A stretch of 64,000 nucleotides of DNA from Ministeria vibrans ATCC 50519 (lineage: Eukaryota; Protista; Filasterea), in the NCBI GenBank assembly GCA_943704425.1, contig CALSCP010002399.1, forward strand, positions 1 to 64,000, read 5' to 3'. The notes beneath the pieces are model-generated. The model was not told where the DNA came from. It made no database searches and saw nothing but the letters and a program-made list of their open reading frames with translations. Position numbers and translations under genes: made by a program. The first letter of the stretch is position 1, and every line of letters starts with the position of its first letter. Of this stretch, positions 50,274 through 62,862 are shown piece by piece.

Positions 50274-51824
50274 TTAGCGCAGTCGTCCGGGCCCAATGAG
50301 CGCATCAAAGCCCCACAGCTCGACAATAATGCACTCAAACTCAGGCGATCCACTCAACTGCGGATTGTCAAAGGTCTCACAGGGATACGACGCACCGAAG
50401 CGCAGATTGGGATCAATCCACAAGCCAAAGTGGCCCGTTGTAGTACCACCGCCAAAGGCAAGCGCCTCCTTGCCCTCCTCGCTCGCCTGCAGAAAGTCAT
50501 TGTTGCCTACGTCACATTCAGAGGATAAGCAATGTGTGTGTGTGAGTGTATGTGTATCATGTGTGTATGTGTGCCTGTCCAGGGGTAAATGTGCGTTTCG
50601 GGCGCAAGTGAAAACAGGAAGGCCTCGCCTGTGCCGTAGAAGCGGGTCTCCATAGTCTTGCGCCACGGGTGCATGGCAAAACCCCCAAAAATCTACAGTT
50701 TGGGTGGTGAGGTGAGTCTCTGTGCGCTGTTGTGCGTGTGAGTTGAAAGAGGGAGGGAGAGGGAGAGGGAAGGAGAGCAGCAGGTCGGTACGTGGTCTTT
50801 GCGGTCGCGCACAACTGCGACAGAGGGGCCATTGTATGCTTTGAAGTTGCGGTGGAGAGTGTTGAGCGACAGGCCGTGTTTGTCCGAGCTGTAGATCAGA
50901 ATCCAGTTCTAAAAGGTCATTAGAAGGGAACGGAATGAATTCGGTTGGCTGGGGTGTACTTTGTCGCTGAGTGCGCGAGGGAGACTTTTGGCAATGGCTC
51001 GCATATGGTCGACAGTCAGCAATTTTGACGAGTGTTTCATGCGGATGAGCTCCCATGGCTTCTTTGCAAGCGCTGCCTCCGATTCACTAAGGTCACTTGA
51101 TCCCTCGTCGTCGTCGTCGTTGTCGTCGTTGTTGTTGTTGTCGTCGTCGTCGTCGTCGGCGTCCCCCTTGTCGGCGGCGGCGTCGTTCTCACCGTCTGCA
51201 GCGTTGTCTGTTTGTGCCTTGGCCTCCTCTGCCAAGTCAGTCGCTTTGCTGTTGCCTACAGCGTCTTCTTCTCTCAGAGCCGCATCGACAACGCGAGCGT
51301 CCACTTGCACATCAGTCTTGCTGAATGACGACTAAGCAACTGGAATGAGAGGAAAACGAGAGAGAGAGAAGAGAAACACCACAAAAAAAAAAAACGCAGA
51401 AAAAAGTCGCACCAAACCGTCCCATTGCTTTTTCCCTCTCTCTCTCTCTCTCTCCTTCTCTTCCCTCCCCCTCTGCGCTCCCACGCTTCGCAAGCTTACT
51501 GATAATCTCTTTAAGGAGGCGGCGGCGGCGGACGTGGGCGAGGGGCTCTCTGTGGGCGTCGCGATGATGTGGTCGCCGGTGACAGACGGGAGCATCGACT
51601 TGACGCCCGTGTAGAGGCCCCCGATGAACGCCGAGAAGGTGGCAGGGTATTCGGGGGTCTGCGGACCATTGCTGGCGGTCCCTAGAGGCGCGCAAGAAGC
51701 GGGGAGAGAGCGTGAGAGAGCAATACAGCCGATTATATTGTCTACCCGCTTCCGTGGACGTTTGACGGGGCTCCTCTGAGCTCTCAGCCTTCTCTGCTGT
51801 TGAAGGTGCTTGTAATTTGCTCAT
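50274..51824 (-). CDS. TLDc-domain protein (OXR1/NCOA7-like C-terminal domain)
   Basis: SKLLTVDHMRAIAKSLP, LAFGGG..GHFGLWID..GASYPCETFDNPQL..FECIIVELWGF. Confidence 0.88.
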
Positions 51825-51966
51825 GACAACAATTCTATTGCAAAATGTGATGTGTGATGACTGATGACTGATGTGATATGATATGATAATTATGTTTATA
51901 TCTTTTTCATGTCATCGAATCGAATGATCGAAAGAGTGAAACTCATTTTTTTTTTGCCTCTTCGGT

Positions 51967-53690
51967 ATGGCCTCTGGAAGTCCTGTCGTGGAGCCACTAG
52001 AGCACTCTCTTTTGAGGGTACCCTATGAATCGTTAAATAGAACCTTTCGCGCGACCCAAAAGCTCCTTGAAAAGGTAGTCGATTTTCTGGTCTTCAGGCG
52101 GAGCTGTCTCGCCCTTTGTTGACTCCAGTGTGTGCAGGAGATCTCGCTTGTGCTGACTTCGCTGAAGCAAGCTTCGTCGGGGCGTGAGGGCGAAGGAAAT
52201 CGCGACGAAGTTCTGGCGAGTGTTGCGGGGCGTCTTGCGATGCTGAAGCGACGTCTACGCGACGCATGCAGCGAGGAGGAGAAGTGGATTCGGGTGTGTC
52301 GGCAGCGCCTGGACCACCTGGACGACGGGCATGTCGCGAGCAACGCCCAGCGGTGGTCTCAGCAGCGTCTCAACCGCTATGTTGTCGACCACATTCTGCG
52401 CCAGGGCCATCACGTGACGGCGCAGCGCCTTGCCCAGGAGACCAACGTCACGGAGATGGTTGATTTTGACGTGTTTGAGCGCGCACACGCTGTGCAGGTG
52501 CGGAGGGAGAGGAAAATGTGAACTTCCGCTCGTCACTCTCTGATGTTTTCTGCTTCTTTTTTGTATTCTTAGGAGTCTTTGCGTCGACGTGAATTTGATG
52601 TTGCTTTTCAATGGTGCAACCTACAAAAGAGTCGACTAAAGAAATTAAACAGTCCGCTTGAGTTTGAGCTGCGAGTGCAAGAATTTGTTGAATTGTGTCG
52701 AGTGCGCGACACAGCGAAAGCCATTAAGTAAGAAACTCCACAGAAGATGTCATGAGGGTACTTTGGCGTCAACGGTCAAGCAATGCGTAGATATTCCCGA
52801 GTGCACTTTGCAGGGAGTGTGGTGGAGGAGCGGATGGGGGAGATTGAGAAGGCAATGGCACTGCTTGCGTTTGGGCCGGAGACACAGTGCGATCGGTATC
52901 AGGCGTACTATTCGGATGCGCGGTGGGACTCGCTTCTGTCGCTTTTTGCTCTGGTACGGGCGCGCACGAGAGTGATTGCGATACTTGATGTGTACTGATT
53001 ACTCTCTTTCTCTAAATTGCTTTTTCTTTTCTTTTTTTGTCTTTGTCTGTGTGTATTTGTGTATATATATATATATTATGTGTGTGTGTGTGTGTAGGAG
53101 AACTTTCGTGTTCATTCGATTGTACCTCAATCTGCGCTAAGTATGACCCTTCAGGCTGGTCTCTCTGCTCTTAAAACACCGTAAGCACCACACAGTCAGC
53201 GTCTTTCTTATCGTGTTTTCCTTAGAATGTGCTATGATCGGGACAAGAGCAGTGCAAATTGTCCCGTGTGCACTCCTCTCCTCAATCAAATGGCCCTCAC
53301 TCTGCCCTTCTCTCAGCGCGGTCAGTCTTGTCTTGTGTGCCAGTACGCCAAACAATCGAGTCCCTTTAAATGTGTGTCTATGCGTGTTGATACTAATCGC
53401 TGTATGTATGGGTTTAAATTCTATTATGTGTGTGTAGGATATCGGGTGATATTATGAACGAGGACAATCCACCAATGGTTCTTCCCAACGGCTACGCGTA
53501 CGGTAAAAAGGTACACTTTACCAAGTCAAGTTGTTTTGTGCGTATGCGTGTGTATGTGTGTTTTGACTGTGTGTGGGGCACTGTGTAGGCGCTTGAGGCA
53601 ATGGGGCGCGAGTGTGGTGGGCGCATTACGTGTCCCCGGACCAAAGAGGTGTTCCGACTGCGCGACGCAAAGAAAGTGTTTGTCATGTGA
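51967..53690 (+). CDS. MAEA: CTLH/GID complex RING subunit MAEA (Fyv10/Gid9)
   Basis: [18 protein letters not shown], Lis[55 protein letters not shown]. Confidence 0.95.
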
Positions 53691-53725
53691 TGCGATACAG
53701 TTTATTTGTGTGTGTGTGTGTGTGT

Positions 53726-54719
53726 TTAGACAGATGTGTCGTGTTGACGAGAGTGAGACCAGTCGAAATCAGGCCAGAATGCACTGGGATCACACTCGGC
53801 AGGCGAGTCTGAGTCCTTTCCAATGTCGACTTGGCTAAGTTGCGGGTCAAAGTAGCGCAGATCGACAGTCGAGTGTGATTGCGGGACGAACGGAGGAGGA
53901 AGCAAACCAGACTCGACTGTGGACCAAAAGCGAATGATGTTGGATGCGTTGCGAACGAAGAAGCTGGGAAGGGAGGAAGAAACTGTGAGTGGGCGGGCGA
54001 GAGGAGAGCGTAAAAGCGTGTGGCTTACGGGTGGTACATGAGCACTTCCATGGTGGGCCGTGCCGAAGGGTCCTTGTCGAGTAGGGCAAGGAGGAGTGTG
54101 CGTGTGTCCTCGTCGGCAGATGCCGTGGGCGGCAGTTGAGGCATCGCTGTGCTGATGAGACGGAATGTTGCGCTGACGGTGTGCCCCTGAGCAATAAAGA
54201 GGGAGAGTGGAGGAGGGAGAAGAAACGTTGAGGAGTGACATGGACATGTGAGAAGCTTTTGAGAAGAGCTGCGTTACTTGAAATGGCATTCGTCCATACG
54301 CCATTTCGTAGAGACACACTCCCAAGGCCCAGAAGTCAACAGGAAAACCATACGGTTGCTAGAGAGATAGAGAAAGAGAGAGAGAGAGAGGAGGCGGAGA
54401 ATAAACAGAAGACAAACAGCATGGCGACATAGTGAAACGCGTACTCCGTGGACCATTTCGGGAGCCATTGCAGTGGGAGTACCACAAAGGCTGTTGGTGT
54501 GACTGTCTGAGTCCATTTGCAGTTTCACCATTGCAAAGTCAGTCAGTCGGATGTGACCCGACCTGTCAATGAGCACATTCTCAAGCCGGAGATCACGGTA
54601 GAGTATTGAGTGTGCGTGAAGATGGTCAAGTGCCACTGCAATCTAAAAGAGAGAGAGAAAGGAGGGGGAAAGCAACAAAGTGATAGAGAGAGAGAGACAG
54701 AAACAAGGCGCACGCGCGC

Positions 54720-54752
<33 letters not shown>

Positions 54753-56022
54753 TTGAGTGCGTGGTAGTAAGAAATAATGACATGGTACTTCAGCAGTGTA
54801 GAAGCGACACTCGTCAGGCGAGAGTGCTCCTACAGTCTGGACACGACGGAAAAGGTCTCCTCCGCAGTAAAACTACGGTTTTATAAAGAGATGGTGAGAT
54901 GGATGTGAGATGGCATATATGTCAATACTAATATCATTCTGTCTTTTATCATCTACGTACTGTCATTGCAAAGTAAATATGGTCCGTGGTTTGGAAGATG
55001 GACTGAAGTTCTGCAATAAAGGTGTGTCGGGCCTTCTAAGGAGAAAAGTAGAGGTGTGTGAGCTATTGAGAGTGAGTGTATAAGTCACTGGGAAGTCACT
55101 GGTACTGAGGGTAAATTGAATGAGTGTACGTGAATTATTGAGTGAATGACAGTGAGTGAGTGGATGGGCCGGGTCTGACCTGAAGAACTTGGCGTTCTGC
55201 GTTGAGCCAGTGGAGAGTGTCCTTTTTGTCCGTTCCATTTTTCTAAGGCGCGTGTATAATAGCATCACACGATTACGACAGGAAAATAATGTCTGTACCT
55301 TTTCTATACGTTTAAGGGCAATGAGGCGGCCCGACTGGACATTTTGACAGAGAAATATGTGAGCAAAGGAGCCACGTCCAATAAGATGAAGAAAGGAAAA
55401 ATGGTCGAGAGCGCAGGGGAGGTGGGAGAGGGACGGCGGGGAGGAGGGGGCAAAGGGCGGAGCAGGGTGGATGGCGGAGAGGGCGGAGGGAGAGGAGCGC
55501 AAAAGGGAGGAGCGCATGCCGGTGTGAGGGTTGATGGGAAGGGAGACAGAAGGGCGGAGAGGCGGATGTGAGGATTTGGAAGGAAGGGGGCGGTGCTCGA
55601 AGACGGACTGAATACGTGTGGAGGCGGACGGGCCAAAGAGAGACAGGCACTGGTCGGTGTCGGGAAGGGACGGGTTAATGTTGGTCAAGATAAGGTCGAC
55701 GGGTGTTGAGTGACTGCGCTGAAGGACGCGCGTAGCTGGAGGGGCCGTTGGCGGAGTCGTGGAAGTGGTTGTGGTAAGAACTCGGAGTGCTTTGGCGGGG
55801 GCAGGAAGGCGGTAGAAGGAGCACTCTTGGGGCACCAGAGCCTCGCACGTGGGGTGGACGAGAAGGGCGCACGTCGCGCACTTGCTCTTGATGCGGGTGC
55901 TGATACGGTGTCCGCAGTGCATGCAGTGTCGTCGGCCCATCATGTGCCGCGGAGTGAACGTGTGAGGCACACTGACTGGCGTGTCTTTGGCGGGACTGAA
56001 AGAGATAAAGAGAGTTTGAGAG

Positions 56023-56071
<49 letters not shown>

Positions 56072-57331
56072 AAGAGAAAGAAAGAAAGGCCAGAGTAATG
56101 AAACAAGCAAGGTGATATGTATAATAAATTTCAATTGTTATGTTATCGAGAGAGATGAGTATGATATAATAATAAGGGTTCGCGATTGCTTACGCTTTGG
56201 CACAAACGGACCAGAGCTGCTCAATACAGGCGTTGTGGACGGCCATGCGGCAGGCAACACACGCATGGTATGTCCTGCGCAGGCCCCAGATGGTGCGCTT
56301 GCAGTGTGCGCACAGCAGCACGCGCGTCAGTCCGCTTAGGCGATGCTCCGTGAACGTGTGCCCCAGCACGACGCGTGCTTGTGTGCGCTGCCCCGCTGCG
56401 CTGCTCGTGCTCTTTCGTCCGGGTGCATTCGTCATTGGGTGTTTTCCGCTGGCGTTGTGTGCTAATGTTTGATTCCTGTCCAAGAGAGTGAGGAGAAGAA
56501 GAGAAAGAAAAACAAGTGTGTGTGAGAGAGAAAGAGAGTCGATCTACAGAGAGCGGCTACAATGCCGGAGCCGGGGCGGGGGCACCTTGAGACTGAGGCT
56601 GCACTGGCGCCTGCCGCAGCAGTGTTGGCGACCCAGCGAGAGGCAAGGAAGCTGTCGTTGAAAATGTGCAGTTCAAGGTCGCAAGCAAAGGCTTCCGGTG
56701 CGCGACCGAGCGTGATTGGCAGCGGCTGTGCGCTTGGCGACGACCCAAATGTCGACAGCAGCGTCGTTGAGGCGGCTGGATGCTGTTGCTCCATGGCCTG
56801 CTGTCGTCTGGTCTGCTGTTGGACGGCAAGCGCCTCGTCGAGCTCCGCGTCGGAAGCGATGGCACACACATCCTCTACACACCACAGTTTGCGTTACATT
56901 GCGCCTTCTTTGATTTGGACAGAGGCGCATGGGAGTCCACGTACGCTCCGGATCGACCCATTTGATGTAGACAGTGTCGGATTCCGCAAAGCCAAAGAGG
57001 GTGTGAATTTCTTCACGCAGTCGTTCGATTTTCGTTTGCCTCCTGTTCCGCCCTCGCCGCAAAGTAAGCGATTCGGCGCGTCTGGAGGGCCAGAGAAATA
57101 AATAGAAAGAAGTGTGTGAGAGTCAGCAGGGGAGACGGCAGCGAGGGAGACGGGCAGGGGACGTCGAAAGAGACGCGGAACATAGCGACGGTCCAGTGAC
57201 AGTTTGTGACGTGAATACCCGTGGAATATTAACAGGAGGTTGACGGGAGTATACTCATCGTCGACGACCACAGAGAGTGGTGCAGCCAATCGAGACGCCG
57301 GTGTTGTTTTCTGTTGCGTGCTTTGCGCCAT
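53726..57331 (-). CDS. aPKC-like AGC kinase with PB1 and two C1 domains
   Basis: PB1 IKWVDPE..CAIASDAELDEAL..LELHIF; two C1 Cys/His clusters; IGRGSFA, ALKRIEK, YRDLRLENVL, LCGTP..APE, YGFPVDFWALGV; tail FWPDFDW..DTSV*. Confidence 0.85.
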
Positions 57332-57590
57332 GCAAGTTAAGTCAATTATTTTGAATTATTTTTGAATAGCTTTGATTGTGATTGATTTTTCTTTTGTGTA
57401 ATTGCCGCGCAAAGTTACCAATTTAGACAATCAGACAAATTGCAGATTCAAGAATACTCGAGATCGGCACATATGACGCCTAACAAGAAGGAGCTAGTTG
57501 ACATTTTTTTTTTTAAATTTTCGCTTGAATGAAAAGAATAAAGATCAAAACAATTAACAAATTTTTTTTCACTCTCTCTACAGTCCGAAA

Positions 57591-57710
57591 ATGATTACCG
57601 ACGTGCAACTCATGACGACAGCAAACTTGCTGGGCGTCGTCATCTTTATCATGATCGTGTTCTACCACTACGTGGCGGGGCAACAGGAGAAGGAGAGCAA
57701 GAAGGAGTAG
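57591..57710 (+). CDS. OST4: Oligosaccharyltransferase 4-kDa subunit (39 aa)
   Basis: MITDVQLMTTANLLGVVIFIMIVFYHYVAGQQEKESKKE* matches the OST4 pattern MITDVQL...N.LG.....V.YHYV. Below the ORF-track cutoff. Confidence 0.93.
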   Translation: MITDVQLMTTANLLGVVIFIMIVFYHYVAGQQEKESKKE

Positions 57711-58672
57711 AGCCCACTCGTAAGCGCATTCCCTGCCCGTCCGCCGCCCTGCGACTCCCCGCCACCGCCCACGGCTGGCACCACCCTGCCCCCTGCGCGC
57801 CCCGCCCTGTCCCAATTCGCCTGCAGTTCTTCTGCTCGCGTGGCTGTTGAAAATAGTCTCAGCGCCTATGAAAAAAAAAAAAAAGGAAAAAAGAGGAAAA
57901 AAACAGAAAATCGGATTGGGATTGGGGTCAGGTGGGCCCGGAATCGGAACGAGTGTGTGCCACCGGTCCCTGGCGATGCGTTGGAGTGCGTCTGGGCGGC
58001 GTGTGTGGCTTGCTACAGTGATCTTTCGGCTCTCAACCGCTTTTGCGATTCATTAAACACCACAAAGGGCGCCCTCCCCCGCCTCGCTGGGGCTGGCTGC
58101 TGTGGATCACGCGCGTGATCTCCCGATGCTCTTTCCTTTTCTTTCGCGGCGCATCAAATGTCTCTCTCTCTCTCTCTTTCTTTGTCTGACTGTCTCTTGC
58201 TATTTTCGCATAGGGAACCGTCCAAGTCATGCCAGAATCCTCACCGCCTCGTCAACCTCTCTCCGTTTGTACAATGAAAGCAACAACTGTTTCTTCTCAG
58301 CGAGCTTTCCAGAAATCAATCAGATATAGAGGAATGGCGAAACAGTGCATGGCAGAGCAGCAAGTGCACGGCACACCCCTGACGAGTGACGGCCCTGCCG
58401 TGCATGCGGACGGGCTTGCTAGAGCAACGTCAGAGAGGCAGTGCACAAGGGACGGAGGCTTGCGGTGCGCTCTCGTGACAGTGCGCAGGAGGGGAGGGAG
58501 GGGGGAAGGGGTTACTCTGTGCAGGGGTGTCTCAGTGGCAAAGCAGTCTCGAAGAGACATTATAAAGTTCGCAATGGAATTGAAAACGAGAACAGATGTA
58601 TACAAATAGGCGAACGGTGATGGTGGAGGAAGGGAGGGGGCTATGTTTCAGGGAGAGAGCGCGTCGGCGCGA

Positions 58673-59104
58673 CTACTCTTTGCCGCCCTTTTCGTCAATG
58701 CGCGAAATGAAATCCTTTGTCTTGGACTCCAAGTCGTTGATTTGCGTCGTGACGTTGCTGAAGTACTTGTGGTAGAGGCCCGCAACATTCGGCACGCCCT
58801 GGTATGTCTAGCAGCAGCACAAAGAACACGCGAGAGGACGAGGGAATGAGGTCAGGCGCGAGAAAAGTCCCCACAATGAGACATGGGTCGACTTCCCACG
58901 TCAAAAAAGGGTTTTAGGACGCACCTGTTGCACGTAGATGCCGCCAATGACGCCCACAATGACTCCGAGCACCGCACGCTTGTTGACGGTGGCAAAAACG
59001 ATGCCGGCGGCGAAGGAGGCGAGCGAGAAGGAGTTGAGCCAGCGCGGGAGAGCCGGCGGCAGCGGCAGAGTCGCTTTGTTGTTGCTGTCTGTGTTCTCAT
59101 GCAT
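58673..59104 (-). CDS. Small membrane protein, STMP1-like, 2 exons
   Basis: ..LGVIVGVIGGIYVQQ|TYQGVPNVAGLY..EKGGKE* resembles the G.Y.AQNY.VPN motif. Confidence 0.6.
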
Positions 59105-59300
59105 GGTATATGGGATAGGAGAGAAAGAGAACGAAAGAGGGAGATCGAGTAATAATAAAATTTAGTGACTTGAGTGATTGAGTTGTAGTTTTTGTCATAT
59201 TCATCACGATTATCTTTCTTTCCCTCCCACACGGCACACTACAGCTCCAGACAGGCAACTCTTCCACTCTTTTTTATTATTATTATTACGTTTGCCGCAT

Positions 59301-60049
59301 ATGTCGCTGTTGGACGCGCTGATTGGCACTCCCTGGTGGGCGATTGAGACGAGCATTCGTCTGGTGCTGTCGCTCATCGGTTTGGTGTTTGTCATCCCAC
59401 TTGCGATTGTGAGGCTTGTCAGTGAAGGCAAGAGGTCGGTCATGTCACTGGCGGGGCTCTACCAGACGTGTGCCATGGTGAGTGGGACTTGAACTCGCCT
59501 CTCCTCTCCGTTGACTCTCTCTTGTGGTGCGCAGGTGCCGTTCTTTGGGCCAATGCTCTTCTCGTCGCTCATTGGCGTTGTTGCGCCCTACTCGGCTGGA
59601 ATTGGCGCCTACATGCTGGCAGTGGAGCGATCCGGCGTGTGCATTGCGTCTATTCGCGAGCGCCCGTGGCTGAAGAATCCGTTCAACTCGATTCACGCTC
59701 TGGGTATGAATGAGACTGCGCAACACACTCAGAGTCAACGAACGCCTTTTCTTGCGTAGCGCTTGCCAATCTGGGCGAACTTGTAACGGGCTTGGCGGTG
59801 ATGACGCTGCTGGAGAAGCGTCGCAACACGAGCGCTATTGTGACGGGGATCAATACGACGTACTCGAAGAAGGCGCGCGGCACCATTACCGGCTATGCCA
59901 ATGTGACGCTGGAGGTGCCCGAGGACACGCCCGGCGACTACCACCAGTCTGTGGTGGGCGAGCTGAAGAACGCAAAGGGCGAGGTGGTGGCGACGACGAC
60001 GGTGCAGTGGACCTTTCGCGTGAAGGCCAAGAAGGCCAAGAAGGAGTAG
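59301..60049 (+). CDS. Hot-dog-fold thioesterase-like protein (DUF4442/YiiD-like), 3 exons
   Basis: VAPYSAGI, WLKNPFNSIHAL|ALANLGELVTGLA, YSKKARGTI. Confidence 0.8.
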
Positions 60050-60102
60050 TGTGTCAACGTTTGTTTTATTGCATATTACATTTCGTGTGTGAGAGCTGAG
60101 TA

Positions 60103-61520
60103 TTAGGTGGGCAGTGAGCCGGAAGGAGCATCGTAGGGCACCTCGGAGGCGCGTTTGACAACGACATAGTCGGCAGGGAGATTGGGAGCAGTGATAAAAA
60201 GGTCGGAGGTCGAACTGTGGGGGTGCTCGTTGAAGAGATGGTGATTACAGTCGATGGACTGAGAAGAAGAGTTAGGGGCGGTGGAGGCGGGGGAGGGTGA
60301 GGCAGTAGTATTGGCAGTGGTAGTAGTGGTGGTGTTGGTGGTGATGGTAGTGGCGGCGGTGGTGGGTGGGAGTGCGTGGTGGGACGTGGAGGGTGAGGCC
60401 ATATAGACGGGCATGCGAGCTTGGACGCTGATGAGGGAAGGGCCGCTCTGCTGTAACTGGGCAATGGGTCAGTGGGTGAGTGGGCGGGTGAGTGTGTGGA
60501 ACGTACTTGGTTGAGGAAGAGACATAAAGCGTCAAACTCTGCGTGGGTCTGGGTGAGGAAGCCCACACTCATGGTGGGATCCATGCTGCTAAAGGCCATC
60601 TTGACGGGCATATTTGTGTGGTGGATCTGCACGACAAGTGTCGGATCAGTGATCGTTGAGCGGACAGACATTGTGTGTTTGTGTGTGTATCTTTTGGTGT
60701 GTGTGCTTTGTGTGTGTGTGAATGGCGTCCAACGTTGCTTTGTGTGTGATTGTGTGTGGGGGCTTTGTGTGTGATTGTGTGTGGGGGCTTTGTGTGTGAT
60801 TGTGTGCGCTTATGTCTTGTTCACGCTCTCTATTATTGTTACGTCTGAGTTGAACTTTGAGTCAGAGACTGGTACAAACTTTTTGAGCGCGTGGGGGTCA
60901 AAGTAGATAACCCCATCGCCTAAACAGAGAGCAAATCAACTCAATGAACAAGTTTGTTTCGTTCGTACTTTGATATGCGACAAAATACAAAGAGTGCTTG
61001 GGTTTTCCTCCAATGATTCCCACACAAGAACTTTGTTCCAGAAATTTCTATAAAAGTAATGTTTAGTGCTCAAATTTCCACACAAATCTGTTGTGAATGA
61101 GAGGTACTTTTAACAGAGGAATGTAGATTTTGTTGACGGATGAGATGCCAAGACGAACAGGGACAAAAGTCAGTAAAGGACCAACAGATCCAGAAGGAAA
61201 CAGACGCAACACCTGAAAGAATGAGAGGGAGAGAATGAGAATGAGAGACTCGAGAAGAAAGAAATGAGAGAGACAGAATGAGAGGAACATACACAGACCT
61301 AGGATTGAAACTCACTTATATACTGGCAGAATACACAAAAAATGAGAGATATCAAAGAAAGAGAGGAGAGGGGAGGGAAAATTGAGAGTGACACACAGTA
61401 AAGACAGTGAGTGTGACTGTGGGCCTCACCTGGTCCCGGTAGATCACTTGATCGCGTGCCAAATACGCATTGAAGGGCGTCCCTGGCGCGTTTTCGCATC
61501 GCTGTCGATTGATCAACTCA

Positions 61521-61554
<34 letters not shown>

Positions 61555-62610
61555 GTGAGTGGACTCTCCCTCCCTTTCATCTCCTTTCGTACGTGAGCAC
61601 ACGAGCGACAGTCGCCGGCCCAAACCAGTCGCCAATGGCTTTGTCAAAGATGCGTGCGCCCAGTCGGGTCATGCTGTGCACCGAGTAGGGTGTTTCCGGC
61701 GTGTCCTGAAACTCCTTTAGAATCTGTACAGAAGCATCAAAAAAAAAAAAAGAAAAAAACACACAAAATCATATGAGAAACGGATTGGTCGAAAGACAAG
61801 AAGCCCTGCTGTGTCCTCACTTGGATGTAGATGGGGTACATGTCCGATTTTTCCGAGAGCGACGTTTCTCCTGAGCCTATTCGAAAATCTGGCACAACGT
61901 TAAGGGGTCGAGAAACGAATGGTCGATATGAGGCGCTTTGGGGGCTTACCACGGCCAAGGCGACACACCGACATAGCCTGGGCGACCATCATCTGGGCGC
62001 TGCGCAGCGTGCAGCCCCACCCCGAGTCCGACGTGTACGAGGAGCCCTCGAGACGCGGAAAGTCGCGTCGATAAGAGAAAAACAGACGACTCTCAAAGTC
62101 TCGAATGAATTCGTGCACATGCGGCTTTCGGTGGGCCTTCTTCGGCAGACACGGATCTATTGACGCCATATCTAGAGCAAGGCAGGTCGAGCGTTATTTT
62201 TTTTTTTTTCTCCTTCGCGGGAGGACTGAGCACTGTAGTTCAGCTTGCAGGGGGCGCGGGAGGGCGCGGGCGGGCGCAGCGCGTACCGTTCAGGTCGTAT
62301 TTCTCGCCGAGACAGTAGATAGGAGAGTCGCTGAAGGAGGAGAGGGCGCCAGACACTGGAGGAGGGCACAGAGAGAGCGTCAGAAAAGGCACAGTTGATT
62401 GCGTTGCCATTGCGCGACTCGTTTGGGCAAGTCGCTCCTGTCAGTGGTGGCATGGTCCGTACCGTGATGCTTGAGAGAGTAGAATACACCCATGACTTTG
62501 GTTTTCACGTCGTGAACACTCGAGTTTGAGAGTGACGGCGCACCCGTCGAATCGTCCGAGGCGACTCGATCAGCCATGTGGGCGCACCCCCTTGCACAAG
62601 TGCCGTCCAT
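60103..62610 (-). CDS. ATG4: Autophagy cysteine protease ATG4
   Basis: [59 protein letters not shown]. Confidence 0.96.
60737..60806. repeat. About three copies of a 25-bp GT-rich minisatellite in an ATG4 intron
   Basis: gctttgtgtgtgattgtgtgtggg repeated. Confidence 0.9.
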
Positions 62611-62862
62611 GACTCGTTCTTCACAGGCGCCAAATATCGAGTAGAATTATATTATTAAAATTTTTGTTAATTTGTAAATTGAAAATGTCGAAATTAATGT
62701 CGAAAATCAGATAAGCAACGCCGACACGAAGAACATGTAAAAGAAGTAGTCAACTCAATTACTCAAACAGAAAAAGTATCAATTGCATCAGTATACAGCA
62801 ACTCGAAAGTCGAAAACATGCTAATAAGCCACTCAGTGGGTCGTCCTTAGTCTTTGTCTGGG

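Noticed and set aside
58229-58609. Overlapping 126-aa and 102-aa ORFs between OST4 and the STMP1-like gene
   Set aside because: They have no motifs and are better explained as 3' UTRs of the convergent genes.
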